Positions 51,301 through 61,910 of a DNA stretch of 64,000 nucleotides are shown piece by piece. The notes under the pieces are model-generated. The model was not told the origin of the DNA, ran no database searches, and worked only from the letters and a program-made list of their open reading frames with translations. Source of the DNA: Nageia nagi (Eukaryota; Plantae; Pinophyta); assembly GCA_050084985.1 (NCBI GenBank), contig JBITNC010000001.1, positions 194,060,001 through 194,124,000 of the forward strand. The letters are read 5' to 3'. Both the position numbers and the translations under genes were made by a program. The first letter of the stretch is position 1. Each line of letters begins with the position of its first letter.

Positions 51301-54300
51301 TGTGTACGAGTTAGGCTTATCAAAGTGTTAGTCACTTAACAATTGTCAATTTCTCAACAACAGGATCAAAATGGACATGTATTTTCCTAAAAGCCGTGTG
51401 GAGTCTTGAGGATTTATCCCCAAGCTCGCTAGCTACACATTCAACGCAATAGCATTATGAAATTCTTTACAGCCATGAAAAATAATTACTATACATTCAA
51501 TGCAATAATGAAATTTTGTATAGCCGTTAACCCTAGAATTTGTTGTGACAAAACACAACATGCCCCAAAATCCTACGATTTTGGGGACCCTAACTAACTC
51601 GTCTGCACATAGGGTCATGTTTTTAACTCCTCCAATTCAAGTGGTTTCGTAAGAACCTAGATATTATGTCAAGTTGTCCCAAGCCTAAGTTTAAAGAATC
51701 GCCTAAGTCTGCAAAGCCAAAAGTCAATCTTAGGTGAGCCAGGGAAGTCCAGGTCAAGTCGGAACAGTGAAAAGGCAAACTAGGCCACTTCAAGACCTAG
51801 CACATGCCTCAAAAAGACAATCTTGGAAGGCCACATAGGTCGAGTTCAAAGATGAGAAAGTGGAGTCCAAGTACCCACGGGGCATGCGCTCATGAAAAAG
51901 AGGCATCTAGTCTGATCTCATGAGGAAACTTGGCTAAGGCACGAACTCCTCAAACTAGCATCCAACTCAGGCATGACCTAGGGAGTTGGGAGCACCGTTT
52001 CAAAAGACAAAATCTTGTCTTTTTGTAGCATCAATCTGGCTCAGGAGAGTAGGGAGCACCGTTTCAAAAGGCAAAATCTTGTCTTACTATAGCATGGTCC
52101 TAGCTCAAGGGAGTTGGGAGGACCGTTTCAAAAGACAAAATCTTGTCTTTCTGTAGCATGCTCCTAGATTAGAGGAGTTGGGAGCACCATTTCAAAAACC
52201 AAAATCTTGTCTTTCTGTAGCATGCTCCTAACTCAGGGGAGTTGGGAGTACCGTTTCAAAAGACAAAATCTTGTCTTTTTCTAGCATGCTCCTAACTCAA
52301 GGGAGTTGGGAGTACCGTTTCAAAAGACAAAATCTTGTCTTTTTCTAGCATGCTCCTAGCTCAGGGGAGTTGGAAGCATCGTTTCAAAAGACAAAATCTT
52401 GTCTTTCTATAGCATGCTCCTAGCTCAAGAGAGTTGGGAGCACCGTTTCAAAAGACAAAATCTTGTCTTGTTGTAGCATGCTCCTAAGGCAAGGACATGC
52501 CCAGTTGGTCTGCAAGGCGAAATTTGACTAAGGCATGGAGCCTCGAACCTCAAACTCAGCTCCAACATGACCAAAGGGGTGGGTGCATGGTTTCAAAGGA
52601 CAAAATCTTATCTTTTTAAAGCATGCACCAAACCTAGAGAGCCTTCAAGATGATCAAAACATGAAAATCGAGCTAAAGGGATCAAAAATTGAGCAAATCC
52701 AGGCATCTGCAACCCAACGCATGCTACGAAAAGACAAAATCTTGTCTTTCTAGAGCATGCACTAAAACTAGAAGAGCTAGAGGATTGAGCGCATGATTTG
52801 AAAAGACAAAATCTTGCCTTTTTGAATCATACGCTAGGCTTTCGGAGTGTCCAAGTTGAGCACAGTGATCAAATTTGACACATCTAGGCACTAGAAAGAA
52901 CAAACATCAGACAACTAGGAGCAAGGCAACTAGGAACATCAACAAGCAAAGTGCATGCACCCCCAAGGCTGACACATGCCCCAAGAAGACAAAATCTTGT
53001 CTTTTTTGGGCATGCGCTAGGCTTGGGAAGGCTCCAGAAGCCCCACGTCTAGTTTCTAACAGTCAGGCCTATAATTTTGAGTGAGCATGCACCCCGAAGT
53101 CGGCTATCCCAAAAGGTTTCACAGAGCTCATACATTGCATCACAAGGTCCCACGATGTTCCATTAATGAACACAGGCTTCCAGATTATCCCCGCCAGTTG
53201 CTGGTAGGAGTGTTTCAAAGCCAAGTGTTGCAGAAGCAAGGAAGATGGACGAATTCTTGAGTGCTAGAGGAGCATAGCAGCATGTTGCAGTTGCAACAAT
53301 TTTATTTTATTTTATTATTGCAAATTATTTTAAATTTGGATTTCAAAACTTATTAAATTTGGCCCAACCTTGTGACGTATGAGGATTTGCTCCCACAAGT
53401 GCTGGAATAAATCTTGTAATGCCATGTGGAGAATTTGGGCTCATTTGTAGAGGAATAGACATTTTTGCACTTGTGAGAGACTTAATTCTATTGCCAATTA
53501 AATGAGTTTGGTCCATTTGTGAATGTGGTGTGATTTCAAGTAATTGAATGGTGAATGCTATTGCTATCTTGTTTCACTTGAGTTGCTTGGATCATCTCAT
53601 AAACCTTGTTGAGCTGGATGAGAGAGTAGTTGAACATCTCCTGAAGTGATTTGAGTAAAACTTGACTTGTGATAACTTCATAGTTTGCATAATTAGGCAT
53701 GTGCATTTGCGATGGCTCTTATGACGCTTAGCTTAGGAACTTCACTTCACCGTCGAAGATCTACCCATGACTTACTTCTACCACCCTTGCCATTGCTTCA
53801 TGCTCCTTTTACTAGTCCATTCGTGTTGTTGGCTAGTAGAGTGAACGCGGAGTGCGTGGAACCTAAATCAAGCCCAAGAGAAGCAAATCCCAATCCTATG
53901 TACATGTCGATGAAACCATATGCACCCGTGCTCGATTCATACACCATGGTCTAATCTACCTTTTTCTTTATTTTTCACATTTTTCTCACGGCTTTCGTAA
54001 CCTATTTTTCCTTTTCTTTCAAGAAAGAACCATTTGCTAGAGACAAGGACCCTTCGAGTCCTTGGTTAACAAATTATATTTGAGTTGGTAATAGCTTTAA
54101 ATATCCTAGCCAGTCTCCTGAGTAACCTCGCACACATCCCATCATGAGACCTTTGAGTTAACCAATCCTCATAACGGGTAGGGGTCACGCCCTACCACCT
54201 AAGTGTTGGTGTCTTCCCACAAGCCTTGCAAGCCCATTCGCCTATCAGCAAGGTAGGAAAGAAAAGGCCTCCAACAGAATCTACACATATCTTCACTACT

Positions 54301-57300
54301 TCTGTAGTTTTGAATGCTTGGTCAGCCATGACATTTGAATTGCACACAAACAAAACCTAAAAATCAACTATAAAACTCATAAATACATATATACAAAAAC
54401 CCTAACTTACAACATTCATATAGAGAAACCAAAATTTCTCAGAAAACAAACCCTCTTGTCAACAAGACACAAAAGCTCAAGGAGCTTTCCCTCGATTTCA
54501 CTATCTCAACAGTAGCCTTTTACGGCTCCGAAATCTCTTCCCATCATCATATGAACTCGCCAAATACTTCAACCTGTCTTCCGCTACAAATACCCACATA
54601 CCCTAGTTAAAATCAAAACCCCCAAAAAAAAAAACCTACCAAATCACAAACCCCAAAGTTCTATTAACTGTTTTAAGGACATAAAAATAACACGAAGCTT
54701 ACAAAATATTGCCTCACGTAGCTTCAAACAACAACATTCTCCATGGTTGCTTGGTGAAGCTCTACAACAACATAGCAACCAGAAAAATAACACATTAAGA
54801 GGGTGTTTTTCTCAAGTGCCCGTTACCGTACTGTCAACATAGGGAAAAAACAGTAAATTGACCAAAAAGTGAGTTGTTATTATCTTTGAAAGAGAAATTT
54901 ACCCCTTATAGTGCTGCCCAAATATGCAAGAAACAATCATGTCAGAAGTTCACAACCAAGCCTAATCAACAAGGCTCTATAAACATCTGCACTCCTATGA
55001 ACATCATTTGTTTGTAACATCAAATACTATTGTCAATTTTGAAATCTAGTTTCTGGAAACCATTGACAATGCTAGTTGATACACAATACTGCCCATATTT
55101 GTCACTATCTTATACATTGTTTTCTACTCAAACATCAGCAGACAAATATTTTATAGCCTTGGTCTTAGAATGCTTGGAAAAAGCCTGATAACTACTGGAT
55201 TTTTCCAAATTTAATTCAAAAATAAGGTGTTTTCATACACAGAGTGAACATGTTGTCACCAAAAAAAAAGAATACCTTCACCTTTTACCTTTATATTTGC
55301 AACAATCTTCTGACCTATTTACATTCTTCCACTCGAATAAATATCACACCACCTATTCCTAACAATCAAATCTTCATACTCATAAATTTATAATTCAATA
55401 TGCATCCCTCTACATCACATAAAATAATCTTCATGTCCCTATGTTCCTAAATTTTGTACAGTTTCTATATTCTCAAAAACATAGTAAAAACATAATTAGT
55501 AAGGTGCTTTGATTTTAGGCATTTAACACTACACTTCTTATGCAAGATGGACATAGCTAGAAAGTTAACCTTTGAGGAAACCTATAGAAAATGCTATATG
55601 AGATTTGGATTAATTGATTGCTGATAGGATGACCTCCGGAATTCCACCTGATAGTAAAAGTACAATAATTCTTCATGCCTAGCAATTACTCCTGTGCCAC
55701 TAGGCCACTTCTGGTTTTCCACCAAAACAAAATATAGAAATATTATTACATATGAAGCTCACAAAATAATAGTACTCTGACTCTACTCAAACATGGTTTT
55801 CAATATTGCCAAATAAACCACACTAGCAAATTATGACAATGGAGCAGCATGCAAGCCACAACACCAATTCAATTGAAAAACATAGAATTATTTTTCCTCT
55901 ACAATTAATGATGTTAATGAACTCATGCTTGAGCATTGTGCTACCTAATAGCTATGATATATTGATACTCTCCAATGTCAACAAGATCTCCACTTGGTAT
56001 GATTGCCCAAATATACATTTGAGTATGCTTAATTACAATATTTACAACCTCTCTTGGCTCCAGTCCAACATAACTTTCAACATTGCCAGCTCAAAGTAGG
56101 AACAAGTATTAATGTAGTTACTATAAATCATGAAACTGAAAGGCCCACTGTCCATCCATGTTAGGGGAGTTCAGGAACTAATGGAAACACTCCACAGGAA
56201 GCCCAGGTTCAAATCTCCCTGCCCTTACATGGTAAGGAGTTTAAGTCCCTTATCTAATATTTAAAAAGGAATTTACCAATATTTCAAAAATATTAATGTA
56301 AAAAACCTTCAAATAAAAACATTGTTCACACAATTCCGATAATGATTGGGCATTCTATCTGGTACCACAAGAAAAAACATAAACTAGGAGCATTCAGTAT
56401 ATAATACATAAACTAAGATAAATAGACATCTACACCACATAATAAATAGATAGATAGAACATTCAAGAAGTACAATCTAACAATCAACTGATCTTACCTA
56501 CCTCTTATTGTGTGAACTTACAACCATAGTTGCAAGGACATGGATACAACATCAAATACCAATATTCCTATATAGATGTGACATATTTTCAAAACACCTT
56601 GATCCACATATGTTTGATACAATATCCATAAAAAACTTCATATAACAAATATTTTCACAAATATAGAGCGGAAAAAAGACATTTTCATTACTTAAGAAAG
56701 CAATATTTTTTTTTGAATTTTCTGTTGTCATTTAAATTTTACATCATTTTCTATTTAAGCATCTTCTTTTTTAGATTCTCTAATCTTTTGATCATGATAT
56801 TTGGATTGTATCCATTAGTATCTGATGTTATTAGAATACAAACACGCATTTGAAAACGTCATATCTGTATCACCATCCAATACATGGATACAAATATGCA
56901 AGCATAGGGGATGGAGTATCCAGTAACTATGCTTATAGTTATTATACGATATAGGCATATAAAATATGATACAATGTTAAATCATAACTTAGCATTCTAG
57001 GATTATATTCACTACAAAAAGGAAATCATACCCATAACTTATATTCAATGAAGAAATCATGCTGAAATTATCCTTTTTATTTGTAAAAATACTTGCATAA
57101 GATGATATTATCAGAATTTTGCAGCCAAAAAATTATATTTATGATCATCTCCACAGCACTAGTGCAATGGTTCAAGCTTTAACTCTTCTATAGGAGGTCT
57201 CAAATTTGAATCTCTGGATGGTTGTTCCAATACGCTTTGGCTACCCCTTGGCTACCATCATACTTTCCGTTCATAGCCGTCAAGTGGATAAGGAAGACAC

Positions 57301-60300
57301 TAAAATTTTACCATGCTGGCAGCTGTGAAGGGGTTCCTAGAACAGTTTGCCTCATGATTGAACCAAAAAAAAATTTATATTTATGATCAAGTTGACAAAT
57401 GGTTCTACTCTCAATTACTGATATAACAAATAAGATATATGTCTTACAATGCAAGTAATGAATAAATGTTAGAACATTACAATAATATTTGAAAGTAATC
57501 ACTCATCCAAAAACAAGAACATTGACACAAAATTATTATGCTTTGCTTGTCAATGGTTCAAGCTTTGACTCTTCTATAGGAGGTCTCAAATTTGAATCTC
57601 TGGATGGTTGTTCCAATACGCATTGGATACCCCTTGGCTACCATCATACTTTCCATTCATAGCCGTCAAGTGGATGGAGGAGACACTAAAATTTTACCCT
57701 GCTGGCGGCTGTGAGGGGGTTCCTAGAACAGTTTGCCTCATGATTGAACCAAAAAAAATCATATTTATGATCAAGTTGACAAATGGCTCTACTTTCAATT
57801 ACTGATATAACAAATAAAATACATGTCTTACAATGCAAGTAATAAATAAATATTAGAACATTACAATAATATTTAAAAGTATCACTCATCCAAAAACAAG
57901 AACATTGACACAAAATTATTATGCTTTGCTTGTCATGGTATAGCAAAATGTACTTTTATGGTTAGCCTACAGTTCGTGTTACTTTCAATATCTGAAAGTG
58001 AAATTTTGAAAAACAAATAGGAAGGAGATCATACCCTGCCTGCCACCAGTGAGCTTTACTTGAACTCCTTTATCAATAAACTTTGCTAAATCTAGAACTG
58101 TTTCTTTTCGACCTGACTACAATCAACAAAATGATTCTCTTAGTCTCAATTTGCTGGCAAATCAGAAAAGGAATTGATAAGTAAATTGATCATAATTAAT
58201 GTCGATGAAAAGCTTGAAACAGAAAGAAGATGCATATTATGTTTCAGTTCCATTGGTTTCATACAATAACGTGTTGCATCAGAGGAATTTAGACACATTT
58301 GATTTCTTTTTCAGATATAGTACAAGTTATGAGAATTCCAATGATCGTAAATTCAAAAAATGCAGAACTTGAACATGATAGTATCAGTTAGACATAGACC
58401 TTACAGAGGCAAAGAGAAACCTTGCAATCAATCAAAGGCATGTTACTAGCAAACTAGTAAAAGTTACATAATATAAAAAAAAACTAAACATAGTTTTATA
58501 TCTTCATAAGTAAAGATATCAATAAAGGAGATCAATGCCAGGGTCCAGGGGGATTCAACGAATGCGTCTGGCACTACAGTTGAGAGGATGATACAGAGGT
58601 GACTGGCCAAAAGGGACCTTGCCTGTCAACAAACATCTTCAAGATCCCAAGAAAACCTTTTCAAGCCATTCTCTGCATCATATATCAAAGGATTTGGCGG
58701 CCTAATCTCTACTCGGTAACTATGCCACATCGCTAACGCAGTTTATAACACTGGAACAACAGTATACGTAGCAGAAGGAGAATTAAACAACAACGAGTTC
58801 TAAATCGCTCTATTATGTAACGCACAGCTTGGAGTCTGTCTGTCCAAGATGGCGAAAGGCTGCGGAATTTAGGAGCCATCTGAGGAGAGTCTGATAAACC
58901 TGTTCAGGGAATTGTTTGATTCTGAAGCTGGAACCGATGACAATAACCAGCCTCTATGCATCCTCACATGATGAAAAGCTTTGACGATTTGGCCTGAATT
59001 CAGTACTGCGGTTGCTCCACTCACAGTGGTTTGCTATGTCCTTTTTTGAGTACACAATTTTTAGAGTCTCTGCCAGTATCCTGGAAACTTCATGTATTAT
59101 CTTCTTTTGTGATATGGCCAGGCGAACTCTTTTCTGAAGATCGTTTAATTCACTAACCTGCGGAGGATTCTGCCACCTCTGTAGAAGGCTTTATTGTCAT
59201 GGGTTATGTGCCCTGTTGTTGCTGTACTCCCTAGGCCTGTTTTGGATCTGGGACTGCTGATGTTAAATGGAAGTTGGTACAAAGGAATAGTCATTTGGTT
59301 TGAATCGAACCCAACTTTTGATCATGTGGAGCCTTCTATATTTTCAAATGTAAAACCCTAACCTGTGGAGGCACTCTGCAATTTATGTGGAGACCTTTAT
59401 TATCATGGATTAGGAGAACTTTTTGTTGCTGCACCCTGTGCATTTTGAAATGAATGATAAAGAACTGAAAATAGAACATGGAGGCTGGCAGTATTTAGTT
59501 TATACCACTGCTATTGCACAGAAGTGTGTAGTTTGTGGATATGTGTGTTTGATAATTTCTTTGAGCTGAGTTCTGAACAGATTGCACACATGCCTTATGC
59601 TAGCTGGTTGTGGTAAAGTTTAAAAACATAGATTATAGTGAGAATGGATGAGTATGCAAGCATGTTTTTCCCAGAAAGAACCATATAGTTAACCAGGCAG
59701 TAAAGGATGAAAAGTGAGATTTACAATAAGTATAAGATTAAAGTTTCCGACCTTAATATTATTAGTAACAATGAATAGGGGATGGAGTTATGTTGATAAT
59801 TTAGATACCAGTAATCCAACATGCCTCCCATAAAAGAATAGGAAAATATATCCAAATCTGCTACATGTTAAATATCAGAACTACTATGTTTTGATTATTA
59901 AGGCAAGAAATCAACAAAGAAAAGAACCTAAAAAGTGTAATAAACTTCCGACAATATGGGAAACCAGATAAACAAGAACTGAAATTACTGTGATTTGGGA
60001 GACACAGCTCCAACACCAGAGCTGAAAGTTTAATATGAGAGATGGTTCAGCTCAACCAAGGGAAGTCCTTGACACATTGGGTATCCCCAAAAGACATCCC
60101 TCGACTCTCAGAGTATACTTCTTGGGGAGGCATGCAGGTTTCCATCAAAACAGGAAAGTTTACCTTTTCTGCATAAAACTATAGATGTAATAGGCCCACT
60201 CCAGCATAGCATATACGATGGAAATCAAGCACTAGGAAATTCATGTTTCAGCACCAGTTGATGGAAAGTACACAACTCTTAAAACAGATAATTTACAGAA

Positions 60301-60497
60301 GTTTTGGAAGTATTAACTGTTTATAGCTTGTCTAAATGTTTAGAATTTAAACAAAACAAAACTATTTTCAAATATTTTACTTAATTCAGATTGAACAATA
60401 GAGTTTTTCGTCCATTTAGCATATCTTACACTAGAGAATAATTAACAACTCATGTTGTAGGATAGTGATATGAAACACCAAGACGATTTCTTACCAT
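21245..60497 (-). CDS. LSM7: Sm-like protein LSM7, spliced CDS join(60495-60497, 58035-58116, 38862-38933, 38040-38092, 21245-21340), 101 aa
   Basis: Exons total 3+82+72+53+96 = 306 nt, with GT-AG introns in compatible phases. Translation: MSGRKETVLDLAKFIDKGVQVKLTGGRQVTGTLKGYDQLLNLVLDEAIEFLRDQDDPLKTTDQTRPLGLIVCRGTAVMLVAPTDGTDAIANPFVQADSIKG*. This has the Sm1/Sm2 motifs and matches plant LSM7 as I recall it. Confidence 0.95.
22895..28701 (-). mobile_element. Non-autonomous Ty3/gypsy element (element D) nested in element C
   Basis: LTRs at 27300-28701 and about 22895-24095 (truncated) both start TGTAATGTCCCC on the minus strand. PBS TGGTATCAGAGC at 27285-27296. The 3.2-kb interior has gag-like and protease ORFs but no RT/RH/INT. 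Confidence 0.9.
24215..24781 (-). CDS. Retroviral-type aspartic protease ORF of gypsy element D
   Basis: LVMIDNGATRSFI active-site motif, plus VMIGVQWVHPLGDVQTNF, typical of gypsy RVP_2-type proteases. Confidence 0.8.
   Translation of the reverse strand: MKMIEEGNNKLPPYISIKVRGETVGEEILVMIDNGATRSFIDKGFVAKDLPTKDVEGIYVTNANGYYTVCNNTVRLRIKMGNYILEDDFYVFLQDSLQQVMIGVQWVHPLGDVQTNFQTQEVSFTFKGQKVTIKGVRINHELRLAIAEGDLAHHAPKAFKRATLDHLHRNKLMEPKRKLGLVQKATKV
29100..29305. repeat. GC-rich tandem repeat of about 20 bp in element C
   Basis: Repeated (g)cgagccacccaa(a/g)gggg motif. Confidence 0.8.
30205..30425. repeat. GC-rich tandem repeat of about 20 bp in element C
   Basis: Repeated gc(a/g)acccctatgg / gcggcccc(a/t)acaagag motifs. 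Confidence 0.75.
31420..33155. repeat. Series of degenerate tandem arrays in element C
   Basis: ttgtgcacatt units (31420-31950), tcgcctttctcca units (32460-32590) and hairpin units cttgactag...tagtcaag (32725-33155). Confidence 0.75.
35179..35731 (+). repeat. Element C 3' LTR
   Basis: The first about 350 bp match 22547-22897. It contains TATAAATA, ends AATTCCTTCA and is preceded by a purine tract. Confidence 0.88.
38040..38092 (-). CDS. LSM7: LSM7 coding exon (DQDDPLKTTDQTRPLGLI)
   Basis: tcctgcag|ATCAAG...CTAATT|gtaagt; 53 nt. Confidence 0.96.
38862..38933 (-). CDS. LSM7: LSM7 coding exon (VTGTLKGYDQLLNLVLDEAIEFLR)
   Basis: aattcag|TTACAG...AAGAG|gtgttt; 72 nt; Sm1 motif. Confidence 0.96.
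39817..41800 (+). mobile_element. Truncated degenerate hAT transposon (DUF659-type transposase)
   Basis: GCNILLDGLTDARNHTLINFMV, EEVVAEVGVEN, CATHCMDLALEGI, IIRPRITQVASNF. The candidate left end is CATAGACGG; no right end was found. Confidence 0.85.
43374..43551. repeat. Tandem triplication, 3 x 60 bp, inside the Tat integrase C-terminal region
   Basis: Unit ctgcaataactgattcatacatacc(t/c)ggaa..agtcc.actccagttgatcaaattccta. Confidence 0.92.
44877..48523 (+). mobile_element. hAT DNA transposon with intron-containing transposase pseudogene, inserted between aRH and RT of the Tat element
   Basis: TIRs CAGTGTTCCACGAGG / CCTTGTGGAACACTA and subterminal GGAAC/GTTCC repeats. BED finger (CHTC...SHL...C), GCSIIMDGWTD, PCCIHALNNALKDI and dimerisation domain (WWELYGDDAPHLKNLAIRLLSQ). 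No clear 8-bp TSD. Confidence 0.9.
51541..54276. mobile_element. Solo LTR (2736 bp)
   Basis: Termini TGTTG...CAACA; TSD GAATT/GAATC (51536-51540, 54277-54281). Removing it restores ccctagaatctacacata, the mirror of the other foldback arm. No coding domains. Confidence 0.85.
51981..52490. repeat. Tandem array, 8 x 64 bp, within the solo LTR
   Basis: The core caaaagacaaaatcttgtcttt recurs at 52001, 52065, 52129, 52193, 52257, 52321, 52385 and 52449. Confidence 0.95.
56525..56931. mobile_element. hAT-type MITE
   Basis: Termini CATAGTTGC...GTAACTATG, internal GGATAC/GTATCC motifs, and a degenerate 8-bp TSD CTTACAAC/CTTATAGT (3 transitions). Confidence 0.65.
57148..57374 (+). mobile_element. tRNA-derived SINE
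   Basis: A-box-like TAGTGCAATGG, degenerate B-box AATTTGAATC, poly(A) tail, and a 15-bp TSD TTATATTTATGATCA (57133-57147, 57375-57389). Confidence 0.75.
57165..57935. repeat. Tandem duplication, 2 x about 386 bp, including most of the SINE
   Basis: caatggttcaagcttt...ctttgcttgt starts at 57165 and again at 57551. Confidence 0.93.
58035..58116 (-). CDS. LSM7: LSM7 coding exon (SGRKETVLDLAKFIDKGVQVKLTGGRQ)
   Basis: ttgattgtag|TCAGGT...CAGG|gtatga; 82 nt. Confidence 0.96.
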
Positions 60498-60551
60498 GTT
60501 GCAGAATTGAAGTATAATCTTTTATACAAAGGTGGTGGTTGTTTCAGCTAG
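60495..60551 (-). CDS. LSM7: LSM7 candidate start exon (54 nt 5'UTR plus ATG only)
   Basis: Minus strand reads ttgtttttgtgcag|CTAGCTG...GCAACATG|gtaaga: a strong acceptor, ATG in AACATG context and a strong donor. It joins in phase 0 to TCA (Ser) of the next exon. Confidence 0.65.
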
Positions 60552-61365
60552 CTGCACAAAAACAACATTCTTATAATGGCTTGAATGTAAAATGCAATAA
60601 ACATGAAAGCAATGGTATAACAACTACCATATCTTAAATAGAGAATCACATAACAATTCAACGAAATGTACAAGATCATCTACCAAGCAGGCGAAGTACC
60701 ACTCTGTTATCAAACAACATTTTCATGTTCAATTTAAACCATTTATTTTTTCTAGCAATTATATGTTCTCATTCCACTTGGTAAAATTATTCGGAACATG
60801 ATTACAATTTCAAATATTAATTGGAAAAAAATTAGTGAGGCAATGCATAATGGTAATACCCCATAACATAAAGCACACAAGGATACTACAATTTAAATTT
60901 AATCCGACAAGCAAGAAATTTACAAATTAAATAAAAAAGTGCCAGTGTTTCTGTTAGTTTAGCATGTTCGTGCACAAATTAAGGTGTTATTCACCAGAAC
61001 TATGCTCATATTGTGAACCCAAGTTAGCATCAAGAAAAATAACGGTCAACTAAATTTCAAAAACTTCTGTCAGGACCTCTTGTTGCATGTTTTAAGAAGA
61101 GCATTTAAAATTAAATGTACCAGTGTTCTTAACATATGGATAGGTGAAGCAATTTTGTCTGACGATTTTGTTCCAACACCGCACACAAACAGATAAAATA
61201 TTCTTTCAATATCTAATCAAGCAATAACATAACTCATATATTGCTTTGCATGTATGGGTTTGTTTGTGTGTTATTATCTTTTATATGATATCAGCATATA
61301 TACAAGAGAAAACAATCATCAGGACACACTAAGAAGAGGAGATATTCCAAAGCAAGTATATCAAA

Positions 61366-61910
61366 TGTTAGGATACCATATCCTAACATTTACTTATGTT
61401 AGTTATTTATTTTAAATATTTTAATTATTGGTATATACTGACTTGTAAGGTGGACCATCACATTTTTGTAAGGTGAATCGTCATTTTGTAATGAACCGTC
61501 AATTAGGGTTAGGCTAGCATGATTATAAATATGTGTAAGAGGGGAAGAGAGATCATCTTGGAAAATATATTGCCTTTTGAGTTGTAAAGAGGAAGTGATT
61601 CATATTACTATCAATAAAGTTACTCTATTTTCTGCTATCTTGCTATTGTTCTAAATCATATTGCTTGAGTTGTATGTTTTGTTGTATTTCAAATTCATTG
61701 TTATTCCATGTTTTGTTGTTATTTTGAATAAAATCTCTCTTTAGATCTTCTAGGTTCCGAACATCTCGTATCAAAGCTTCGATTTTGGCTACCTGTGGGA
61801 AAATTTGAAGAAGTCGGATCAAGTTGAAGACCTAGATTTTATCCATTTTCTAGATTTGAAAACTGAAGGCCATTTTAGTGAAGTCAAATCAAGTTGAAGA
61901 CCAAGATTTA
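61366..61910 (+). mobile_element. Old LTR (about 61366-61763) with degenerate PBS and truncated interior
   Basis: TGTTAG...AACA, TATAAAT and AATAAA inside, then TCGTATCAAAGC (61766-61777, cf. TGGTATCAGAGC). Confidence 0.6.

Larger units (their letters stand above)
50952..54298. mobile_element. Foldback / long-TIR non-autonomous DNA element, interrupted by a solo LTR
   Basis: The left arm 50952-51190 is the reverse complement of 51321-51540 plus 54277-54298, with a 130-bp spacer. Termini TAGTGAAG...CTTCACTA. Confidence 0.85.

Noticed and set aside
51981-52490. CRISPR-like array (palindromic repeats at a regular period)
   Set aside because: The sequence between palindromes is also repeated, so there are no unique spacers. 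There are no cas genes and the context is a eukaryotic LTR.
50952-54298. CACTA element
   Set aside because: The termini are TAGTG...CACTA, the reverse of the CACTA...TAGTG arrangement. There is no 3-bp TSD and no convincing 8-bp TSD (TTAATGTA vs CTTCTGTA).
42147-54839. Outer LTR boundaries for the Tat element (TGTTGG at 42147, TCAACA at 54839)
   Set aside because: No paired LTR similarity and no matching TSD.
56140-56270. Second SINE (B-box GGTTCAAATC, A-rich end)
   Set aside because: No clear A-box or TSD; insufficient support.
57148-57230. tRNA gene
   Set aside because: No convincing cloverleaf; the poly(A) tail and TSD indicate a SINE.
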